Assembly (NCBI GenBank): GCA_964016885.1
Contig: OZ024758.1
Span: forward strand, 4,092,001 to 4,156,000
Direction of reading: 5' to 3'
DNA length: 64,000 nucleotides
DNA from: Eledone cirrhosa
Taxonomy: Eukaryota
Program-made: the position numbers and the translations under genes
Shown here: piece by piece, positions 52,670 to 64,000 of the stretch
How the letters are laid out: the number at the start of each line of letters is the position of its first letter
Numbering within the stretch: the first letter of the stretch is position 1
The notes under the pieces: model-generated
Seen by the model: only the letters and a program-made list of their open reading frames with translations
The model's database searches: none
What the model was told of the DNA's origin: nothing

Positions 52670-55600
52670 CCTACTGTACATTCTTTTACTGAAAAAATGT
52701 ATTAGTAAGTACTTTAAATGTTCTATTATGTAAACATATATATGTTTCACTAACGCGAAGAACACTTGTAAGTTTGATTGACCAACGGAAATGTACCAAT
52801 ACCGTGTTGCAACGAAATCTAAAAATGGCGTTTATTTATTTTCTACTTTTAACGAGTTTAAAGATAAATTAAAGCGAGCGATCAGTATTGATCACTATTG
52901 ATCAGCAATCATTGTGAATACTGATGAAAATTGATAGCAGCATCTCATTGAAACAGCCATTCATATAATTGTCACGTTTGTTCGTTCTATTTAATCTGAG
53001 CGTCTATGATGATTTCTTAAGTAGGCTTTATGAAATAAATCCAGCCTCTTGAGAATCTTATTATTTATCTACGACCACTGATCATGTTTAAAATTCACGC
53101 TAGACTACTTACCAAGCTTTCAGGTCTTTATATCACGTCTAGAAATATTTCTTTCTGTGGACAATATACCAAAATCCGGCATTATGCCAGAAATCTTTCG
53201 TTCCAATATTCTACACACAAATAGGAAACGTACTGTCAAGAACATATCATGTTTCTGTGTACGTTTTATATTAATATAAAAGAATTTGCAATAAAAGAAT
53301 GAAAACTCGGGATTAACTTCTTCACAATATCCTTATTTAAAGAAATCTTGGCTCCTAAATTTGAGGCACTTTATACGGAATGTTACCGGTGTTTAACTGG
53401 TTCTTCGTTTTTCTACCGACCTTACGTTCATCACTTTCATTTAATTACAGACAAACAGTTGAACAAAAATAGAAATATAACCACAAAGGGTGATCCTTTC
53501 CACGTGGGCTTCAACTTTATCCTTTCCATGTCTTGAAAAGTCTACCCTGTCTACGTCTCCCAATAATTTCTCATTTATTAATCTTTCTAACACAGCCATT
53601 ATCTCCTCCCCCGATGACATACGCAATTCAGATTAAACTTCAACTTTATCTTAGAATAAAAGTGAATACATCTAATCTCACTCCATGCTTTCTTCGGATA
53701 TGACACAGTATGAATCTCTTTCTCATATTCTTGCCTTCCATGATCCTTCTATGATCCTTCCACAGTTGTAAACAGTTGTAAACCTATTCTGTATAACTGA
53801 TATGATCTTTGTTATACAAATATATTGGATATAATGAAATATATGCTTTGTATATGTTGAAACAAATTAACACTACACACTTTATAATTCCTATAATGAA
53901 GTAGAGCATTAAAAGAACTAATTCTGATATTATAATCTAGACGTAGAAACAGAATCATATCAATGATATGTTTTATCTTTCAACATTTAATATCAAATCA
54001 TATATTAGATTTAAGAAATTGAGATAAATAAATTACTATAATTATTATAGTAAAAAAGGGGATACAATTATGTACAGCAGACGTAAATTACTCATTCGAC
54101 ACTTTTACAAAGCATATTTGATTCAGCTGATTTTAAGGTTATTCACTGAAACTACATCTTGAAGATATTGTGCTTTAATATCATATTTCTTCTCCGTCTT
54201 TGGCATTGTTTCAAAGAATCAAATCTTAATTCCAGAGTCAAATCCCGAACAGTAACCCGATAGTTTTCACAAGAATTACGGGACAACGAACATTGCTTAG
54301 ATTAAAGGATTTGGCACGTTATAGATGAACATTGTAAAAATATGTTTTGAATAGCTGAAGCTAACATACCGATACTTCATTAAATACACGAATGAGTGAA
54401 TATGAATACGAGACCTACAATGCAGAATTCTCCATTTTTTACACCAGTATCTGCAGCATTAACAATATGAGTAAACAGCATTATCATCAGTACTATAAAT
54501 ACCACTCCAGCACAAATAATACTATTACTACTTTCACGATTACTACTATCACCAAATTGATATTCCTTCAAATTTGTAATCAATACCAGACGATTCTTGC
54601 AAGAACATCACTTTGGATAAATCATGCTAACCCGGATCAGTTTACGGATGGAATACTGGGTTTAAAATTTCTTTGGTGATTGTTATTATTCTTCTATAAT
54701 CATCTCTCCGATATAATTATTGTCTGTAGCCTAATGTTCTAATTACCGAAGTGTGAAGATTAACACGTCCTGTTATCTACTTGCAATCCACCAGGCAAAA
54801 AATACTAATAACCATCATAAACAACATCGATAGCAATGACAAAATAATGTTTCTATTAAAAACACCTAAAAATAAATATTTTTTCTAATAACACAACGAA
54901 GCATTGATTAAAACTAAACAATGCCAAATGAGTTTTGAGATGTTACAAATGATCATCTGTCTGTTATTTCTCCTTACTTTGTTTTGATAATTTATTCATT
55001 CTTTATTTATTTCTCTCTTTTTCTTTCCATTTTTAACCTTTTTTTTTTTTTTTTTTGGTTCTTGTAGCAATACAAGAAATTGCAACGCTAGCAATCCAAG
55101 AGATTAATGGAAATTTCCAGTCGTTATTTACATTTTCATTGTATTTTTCTTTTATTCATTGTTAAAATGTTATCATCAATTACTCTCAGCAATCATTAAT
55201 ATGTGGGCTTAGATGTCAAATAAAAATTATCAGGGAGGTCATCGATCTGTTCAGGTCACTGAGTTTGAAGTAAGTTGTATAAACTTTGTAAAGAGAGCTA
55301 AAAGTAAGATAAAATAGAGTGTTGTCTTTTGTGCTGCACGGTGATATGACCAAAGTTAAAATTTATCACTATACAAAAAAATAATTAAAAATGCATAAAA
55401 ACGTGGGAAAACAATTTATTAGCTGTCAACATAATTCCAAATTTGTTTTCTATATTTTACAAGAAATTGCGACCATAATTTTCCCATGGAAACTGTTACA
55501 TTTAGGTTACATAAGGGGCTCTGTTACATTTATCTACCCTATATTTTATGTTTACTACACTTAGAAAAATTTGTAAAAAGTTTCTCACACTAATGGAAAT

Positions 55601-55921
55601 GTCAGAAACCTGTATTTTTTTTAACAAAGCAAAATACAAAAAAAATCATTTATATCGAAAGTGGGAATGAGGTAATGCATTTTGAAAGGAATTAAATTGT
55701 ATCAGTTAAATGAAATAAATTAAACAACAATATTAAGTTTGAAAAATGTTAAGAACCTCAAATAAATAGAAATGACGAGTTCTAATTTAAGAACAACTCC
55801 ACTAATTGAATAGAAATAACATAAGATGCACATGTATGTATTTGAAAGGGTAAATAAAAAAAAAAAGAGAGGTTATATATCTTAATCCGTATGGCGAGCA
55901 AATGGGGTCCCACGGGCTGGC

Positions 55922-56128
55922 CTACCCCACAGCCCCGGCCGACAGAATAGAGAAGGCGTTTCCCCGGTGGATGGTAAGGGAGATGCGCTGGAAGAGCCAT
56001 TCCAACTCGTGAGGCTAACACCTGTGGCTGGCTAGCTCAGCGTCTATGGTGCTGAGTAGGGAGGTAGCCCTAGGGCCAAGGACACCAGAAGTCTCCACTG
56101 CCAAGATCACGACCGCAAACCTGTCGTA
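55922..56128 (-). mobile_element. CRE-clade non-LTR retrotransposon endonuclease fragment
   Basis: YDRFAVVILAVETSGVLGPRATSLLSTIDAELASHRC*PHELEWLFQRISLTIHRGNAFSILSAGAVG*. Confidence 0.85.
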
Positions 56129-56686
56129 AGAGATATTAATCTCAGAAATCCATGTAGTTGCTCTTCTAGGTTTTGTATTTGTTGTTTAAATACTGTAAGC
56201 TTTGATCGAACAGACTCATATATAATCAAAAAAGTCTCAGGAATTTGCATGAGTAAAAATGATTTCAAGCGGTAAGAAACCTGCGTCGTGTTCTCAATTC
56301 AGGAAGAATTTAAATATAGTTTTCTACTGTGAAAACTTTAGCTGATTCTAAGATCTAATTTTAATTCCCGGCTCTTTTCATTTCATATTATTAAATTTGC
56401 TAGAAAATATTTCAGTAAAAATATAATTAAAATTGCTCACGATTGGGATATAACTCCTGACCTGGTGTTAACCACCATCATCTCATTTACTCACGAGAAA
56501 CGAAACTAAGTATTTTTAAATATGTGAATATTTATTAATAATAAAACAAATGGCTAGCAATTATGAAGTGTCAGAATCAAGTTACATCAGCATCCACATT
56601 AGGATAGCACACACACACACACACACACATACAAACATACACGTACACATACACACACTAACACTAACACAAACACAAACACACAC

Positions 56687-56849
<163 letters not shown>

Positions 56850-56941
56850 TATATAGTATTTCCTAAATGTATCTGGTGATATATAATTAGGCAAGAAAAA
56901 GAAAGTTTTACATTTGGGAGAGAAGAAAAGGCATAAAGAGG

Positions 56942-56973
<32 letters not shown>

Positions 56974-57695
56974 GAGAATGCTATGCTAGAGAAAAGTATT
57001 TAATGTAAACATTAGAGGAGAATTCAGAAACATAGGAAATATTTTCTATAAATTCTGATACTAATTGAAACCACATTTAAGTATTTATGATAACGCTATT
57101 TGGAATGGATTGCTGAAATTCAAAACAGAGGTGTAAAGCCCCCGAGAATGAAGACGATGTTTATGGCAATTTAAATAAGGCTGAAAAAGATTGATGTTAT
57201 TAAGTTAAATTACTAACTTCATGCTTGAGGAAGATCTAATATTAGGAAAATGTAGAAGTCAGCTAGATATACATAAAAGTAAATACAATTTTATCATTTT
57301 CTTTCATATATAAATGTTTCCGGTACGCGGTAATATAATCAGACCGTGTCGATATTGGCTTTAAGAAGGTATTAAGTTATATCGTATGTAGAATTATCAG
57401 AACGTCTGTGTAGATTGGATTATTAAGACTCCGAGATCTTAGAATACATAGACAAGTCACTAAAACTAATGCCTACATATGTATATGCTTAGCTATATAT
57501 GAGTGCGTAAGAATACGAAAATAAAAACGCATACACATACATACACTCTACTCAGAGACTCGCAACCATATGTATACATACACGCACATAGTTATATACA
57601 TACATACATATATACATACAGTACAGGCAATATTTATTATAATGCACCACCTTTGTGTATACATTTTTCTGGGACCCCCCTCCCTCTATATATAT

Positions 57696-57888
57696 TCAAT
57701 ATAGAAATGGCTTCTACAGGACTAGAACTGTTTCATTCGAAATAAAACATCAGGAAACCCCTGATGATTTCCTTCGAATGAAACAGTTCAAGTCGTGTAG
57801 AATCTATTTCTATATTAAATATTTATACTCTGCTATGTATTGAGTACCTTACTTACTGTGGTTACCCCCGATTGAACACCGATTCAAC
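57696..57888. mobile_element. Family B fold-back element
   Basis: Arms aatatagaaatggcttctacaggactagaactgtttcattcga...catcagg / cctgatgatttccttcgaatgaaacagttc...ctatatt. Confidence 0.8.
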
Positions 57889-57894
57889 ACACAC

Positions 57895-57998
<104 letters not shown>

Positions 57999-58734
57999 AT
58001 GTGATTCAGTGAATATATATGTATATATATATATATATATATATACATGCACACACACACACGTATATATATAATTACATGCCAATTATGGTAATATTTC
58101 GTATCATAAGTGAAAGCCATAATAAATTACATACTTATATGCTCATCTATATTTGCCACAGTTCAATACATTCCTTAATCGACACATCTAGCAAGCATAT
58201 TATTTAACATCTAGTGTTCGACATAGGATATATTTTATGTTTCATTAAGTTATGTGCAACTTGATTCTGAAAGTGGTTCCATATATGAATATTGTTTTAA
58301 TTGAAATTATTGAAAAACTTAAAATGCTAAGTTCTCTAATTAGGAAGACAGCCGAGTAGAAACTTTAATCAGTAAATGTTAATTCATTGAATTTCTTTTT
58401 AGTTTCATTAAGGAAAAGCCTAATGAATATAATTACTTAACGAGCTCATATTTCGTAGCACGCCGTCAACACCAACGGAGCAGATGAATAATCAAAAGCA
58501 ATCCAGGCGTGACATTCCATTTTTTAATAATATCATTAACAAGCCAGTTATTCCATTGTTTGAAACTGTAGGTGAGATTCGAAGATGATTGGACTGCTAT
58601 ATATAGTAGTCAAGTGACCACATGAATTTTGTATCTTAGCTCCATACCAATGTTACCATGTTCATATTAAGACTGTAATCTCTCTGCTGAACAATCTCCA
58701 CACTGTATCAATGTCCTCATGTGGTCAGAATATC

Positions 58735-58830
58735 TCAGGAAAAATCACTGGCCACATATTACTGGCAAAACCAACGGGAAAGAGACTCAGGGTAGACCCA
58801 GAGCAAGATTGCTGGATAACCTGAGCTTGG
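58735..58830 (+). mobile_element. RTE-type LINE C-terminal fragment
   Basis: ITGKTNGKETQGRPRARLLDNL resembles GKxxGKRxRGRPR...D motif. Confidence 0.5.
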
Positions 58831-58959
58831 CTAGTCGCGCTTGGGGATCCAGCTGGATCAATTGGAGACGGTTGTTTCTGACACGACCCGCTACAAGGAG
58901 TGTTTGAGTATCCCCCCCTCCCCCACCACCACCACCACCACGACCCTCAGGAATGTGTG

Positions 58960-59560
58960 GGCGAAGTAGAGAAAGAATTGAAGAAGCATACTCCCCTTCC
59001 TCTGAGGACTTCAGTTGATGGTCATACCTTGTTGTACATTATCCATTCTATACTTTTGTTTATATTCTACAACTAGATATATTGTTAAGGAATATCACGA
59101 ACCACTTCATTATTTTTCATCTTGGACAATTGTCGACCACAAAACAAATTATATCCATCAGGGCTGGAGCGAGGGAAATGTATTGCAATATTCCCGTTCC
59201 GTGGAGGTAGACTACTCATCTGGGATGCTACATGCTGAGACACATTCCCTGTTGGTAAACTGATGTGTACGGCTACCAACCCAGGCTCTGCTGCCCGCCT
59301 GATAGTGGATGGCAAACTGTCCTAGTATCGGTCGCTTTCTGATAGTTTTGTGGTGAGATCCAGCGTTCTTGGCTCCCGGTACACATCCTTCCTTAGTTCT
59401 AATTGAGTGGGGTTGGTAGCACACAAATCTGAGACTCATGAGCTGGAATAGTTGTTCCAGCACCTCTCCCTCACCGCCTTTGGGCAATGTATTCTCCATC
59501 ATGTCAGTCGGTATCATATGGCAGAGGATCAGATAGTTGGAGGTGGAAGATACTCATTCG
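58960..59560 (-). other. GC-richer decayed coding-like block, probably TE-derived, unassigned
   Basis: Overlapping short minus-strand ORFs of non-repetitive composition; no motif I can name with confidence. Confidence 0.25.
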
Positions 59561-59857
59561 GACGTCACACTTATGCACACATACTCAAACATGTAGACAT
59601 CTGACATATATAATTCTAATTTATAATCTATTTTCTCAACTTAAATTGAATCATATCAGCTAATGATAATTTTGTGGTAAGTAGAAAACAAAAATACATC
59701 ACTAGATCATTGATTAATCATAATTTATTCGGGTTTTCGTAAAAGCGGGCGAAAAGTTTCAACATTATTATTTTGTTCTAATTACTTAACAAATATTCTT
59801 TATATTGAAGTGCAATAACGTAGACGAGTGGACGTCAAAACTTATCGTAAAGTAATT

Positions 59858-59982
59858 AATTGTTTCTACTTTAGGCACAAGGCCAGCAATTACCCAGTGC
59901 ATTACTGGTACTTTATTTTATCGACCCCGTAAAGATGAAAGGCAAAGTCAACCTCGGCGGGATTTGAACTCAGATCGTAAAG
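59858..59982 (-). mobile_element. 5'-truncated SINE with 17-bp TSD
   Basis: atcgtaaagtaattaat at 59844-59860 and 59974-59990. Confidence 0.9.
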
Positions 59983-61778
59983 TAATTAATAAGGGAAATT
60001 ACCCCCTGAATCTATATACTTCAAATGCTGCACTTAGTTTAGAGTAATTATAGTTGACCTTGTATAGAAGTACAATCTATTTAAATTAACTGGGCCTAAG
60101 GGAGCTGTCATGGCAATCACTACTGAAAGATTTTTATTACTGTGTAGCGTGTTATATTCTACAGAACATGGTTATGTAAAAGCTAACACGCATTTAAATT
60201 GAAGTGGTCTACTAATGTAGTTTCTAAAATGCCAAACGAAAAAAATATATCTGCCTTAAAACTATACGAGTATTATAAGCTTCATAACTATAAATATATT
60301 AAATCATAAAAACATTTTTCTCATCGCAAATGCACTCTCTTAACGTTTTATAGACTTGACTTTTGGTCCTGGTTATAAAAATGTGTTCTTTCTCCTCAAC
60401 ATTCTCATAGGCCTAGATATTGTTTTGGATTCTGCATTGGTTCTTTCTGTTATGCCTTGATAAAACACATCTTCTGTTTCTAAATTTAATATAGGTGAAC
60501 ATTAAATTAAATAGCACAAATAACGAATCTTAAGTCGTAACCACATTAAAACACAATGAAATTGTTACACTACCTTTTAACACATCACATTGTTATAGTA
60601 TTTTAACTTAATATCTGATATAGACTAAATTCTAAATCTATAACGCGATAGAATAATGCGTTAAATTTTGATGAATAAACCGAGTTGTTTTTTTATTTTG
60701 TTTGAAATGACGCTCTTAATCCATTATAATTTAATACTTCAACAATAATTTAAACCAGAAGACAGTAACACTTCACTTGAAATCATTAAGACAGATGATA
60801 TCCGTAGATAATGGCGTAAACTTAGATACACTGGATATATTTTAATATACGTGGGTCGTATAATGTATGAAATATTTGATAATCAATTATACTTCTTTAA
60901 ATGAAATTAGAAAAATTATTATTTCAAAAACTGCATATATATTTGTTCTTTGAAAGAAACTTTTACTTGCAATTATCTAATTATCTGCAACCCGTAGACT
61001 TATAGCAATCTTGAGTTCGTAAGAATATTATTTAAATTTCTTCGTCTTTTCTATATGTTATTAGCTTCTATGTGTCTCCAAGAACCAATTCACAAACACA
61101 GTCCCTTGATACACTAAAATAAGACATAATATTTTTTCTCCTTTCAGTATTTCGACTTTGGAAATTTCGCTGTTATATAGATTAGAATCATGTGATAACC
61201 GCAAGAGGAAGATAATGTCAATAAGCAATTGAAGAAGTGCTTTGTTTTCATCCATCAGATTAATTCTAATCTTATTCACAATTTAGTGAAAAGTTTACTG
61301 TAAGTGCAATATTCATAAGATTGAAACTGTCAATGTGAGGATTTTATTCCCTTGATACATCAACGAAGAGTAAACTATTTTACAATTATTAGATAGTAAG
61401 AGTTGATTATTTCAAAGAATCTTCTCAGTAAGTCAGAACTATTTGAAGAACATAATTACCATCGAAGCACTATACTATATTTCCTTTTCTAACCACCTTT
61501 GTGTATTTCCACTATCTTTCAGTTCGTCTGTCTTTCTCTATATTTAACGATATCTATTTCTTGTTCTTTAAATCTCATTCTACTCTTTGACACTTTCACG
61601 TTCAGAAATGGAGAAAGAAAGAATACCATGTACACAGACTAAACGAAATGAATATATTTTAAAATATGTATTTATGATAAATGATATTATATTCAATTTA
61701 ATAGCAATTGTATCTTTGAACCTGATATATTTTTCATGGAAATAACTTTACATTATATCGACATATACATAAATATAT

Positions 61779-61781
<3 letters not shown>

Positions 61782-61840
<59 letters not shown>
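61782..61840. repeat. (GA)n microsatellite
   Basis: Visible directly. Confidence 0.95.
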
Positions 61841-61845
<5 letters not shown>

Positions 61846-63253
61846 GTAGTGATCGGATTTTGTTGGGCGAAACACGTGTCAGTTATGTAATAATTGGTAG
61901 TCCTTCAACTGCGAAATTTGTATAATCACCTGAACCTCTTATAATGTAAATGGCTGAGAATTTCACTGAAATATGTACCCTTAAATAACTGCCCAGTTAG
62001 TTCCAGTGAGACACTGTGTGAGACAAGGGTGTTGCTTTAAATCACACACACACACACATACACAGAAATATACATATATATAATTCATAAAAGACATAAT
62101 ATCCGAAACTTATATCGTGAAAACTAAACGGTGATGCTTCCAGAAAATATATTTAAACAGCGGCATAATCAACATAATCACATATTCAGAAGCAAAAATT
62201 GTAAATAAATAACAATAGAATTGTGAAAATATGAATAACTATTCCATATTTAAAATGAACGTGACTTTTGGACAATGAATAGAAAATACACATATAGCGT
62301 TTTAGATGCATTAAAGAGTGTAAGATGTGTAACTGAAATAAAGTAGTGTGATATAGGAAAAAAGTCATCTATTCCGTGTGTAGCAAGAAATATCTGCCAC
62401 ATTATAGAGATGGAACGAAGACCAAATTACAATACTAATTAGGATGATATATCCCACAGGCAATATATTCAATACAATAAGACAATTATATGTATTCTGT
62501 ATTTAATAATATATGAAATAATAAATCCTTGAATCATCACACCTGTTACTTTTATTGCAATACACACATAAACACACATACACAAACTCTCGCACATACA
62601 TATATAGTTATATCTGTATCTGTCTCTCTCTATCTGTATGCATCTCTCTCTCTCTATATATATATATATGTATGTATACAGAGGGTGAGAGTGATGTTCA
62701 TGATACACACACACACACATTCGGTAGACAAAGATGCAACTCATTCCTTGTACTCAACGTCATATTACTTCCTAAAAACAAGGACGACGGAGTATATTAA
62801 TAAGAAAAAATAGGATATATATAATATATATATATATCTATATATACATACATACATACATACATGTATACAGACGTATAGTAGTATGTATATATATATA
62901 CATACATGCACACATATATGTATGTACGTATGGATTCACCGAACATTTATTATAATGCTCGGTGTCTTTGTAAACAAACATCCCGTATTAAGCCGTACAG
63001 TGTTTAGCAACCATCGTTGTTCATTTGTTCAACACTGACAAAGGAACGCTGTACTAGTTTCAAGCTTATTAGCTATCGTCAGCAACGTATACCTTCCTGC
63101 CAGATGATTGAACGTCTGAAAGTATATACTTTCCTTATGCATATTAACGGCTGAGTATATATATATATATATATATATATGATAAATTAGAATTTCGTTT
63201 TTCGATCTAGCATATTGGATATGGAAATGTATTCAAGAGGTTTATATGGAATA

Positions 63254-63442
63254 ATAATTGTTTCTACTTTTGGCACAAGGCCAGCAAATACCCAGTGTAT
63301 TACTGGTACTTTATTTTATAGACCCCTTAAGGATGAAAGGCAAAGTCAACCTCGGCAGGATTTGAACTCAGATCGTAAAGGGACGTAACTATGCTGGAAA
63401 GCATGGCGTCCGACCCTCTACTGTTACTGCCAATCCACCGCC
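63254..63442 (-). mobile_element. tRNA-derived SINE, full length, 18-bp TSD
   Basis: tttatatggaataataat at 63241-63258 and 63448-63465. Confidence 0.9.
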
Positions 63443-63796
63443 CTATATTTATATGGAATAATAATAATATTTGATTCGTTTGCAAGCAAACAGCGTCATT
63501 TTTTAGATGGCCATCACCATCCCTTTGTACTTGCGTTGACAGTGAGAAACAATCGACAATAATATTGTTTCTGGGATATTGCCGCCTTTTCTCAAGATCG
63601 TGTATCTCTCTCCTGTCACTCAATAGAACTCTCCAACATATATAGTATTCTCTATAGTATACAGGGGCTGGTTAACCTAATTTGCATACCGAGGAATTTT
63701 ACGGCTGGCTCTGCCGAAAATTAAAAAAATTATATTTGAATTTCATGTTTCGCTCTTACATAACAGATATGTAAATGCATACGTGAGTTTTATATA

Positions 63797-63981
63797 ATAA
63801 TTGTTTCTACATTTGGCAAGGCCAGCAATTATCCCAGTGTATTTCAGGTACTTTATTTTATCAATCCCCGAACGGATGAAAGGCAAAGTTAACCACGGCG
63901 GGATTTGAACGCAAAGAGCCGTAAGTCAATCCTGAAAAGATTGGTGTCCGACACTCTACGGATACTACCAATCTACAACCC
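63797..63981 (-). mobile_element. tRNA-derived SINE (main family), diverged
   Basis: Matches consensus reverse complement. Confidence 0.85.
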
Positions 63982-64000
63982 GATATCGAATAATAATAAT

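Overview
Eukaryotic, very AT-rich, repeat-saturated non-coding window. It is most likely intronic or intergenic DNA from an octopod cephalopod, inferred from the tRNA-headed SINE families and the microsatellite load. I find no supportable host protein-coding gene: nearly all listed ORFs are translations of (TA)n/(CA)n/(GA)n/trinucleotide repeats or decayed retrotransposon pieces. Recognisable content is about 20 copies of one tRNA-derived SINE, a Tx1/L1-type LINE 3' end inserted twice in (GATA)n, RTE and CRE LINE fragments, piggyBac-, Tc1/mariner- and hAT-type MITEs, and several minisatellites. The most striking signal is a set of about 10 mutually unrelated families of short (about 90-550 bp) elements sitting in or beside (TA)n tracts. 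Most are fold-back (inverted-duplicated) and carry a type I hammerhead ribozyme or half of one, consistent with Penelope-like element (PLE) termini. Among them are hammerheads with very long stem II (one inside a 422-bp near-perfect palindrome), variant catalytic cores, inversion points at the ribozyme's own helices, and a short GAGTRC motif shared in the 3' tails. All structures were paired by eye; no folding or database search was run.
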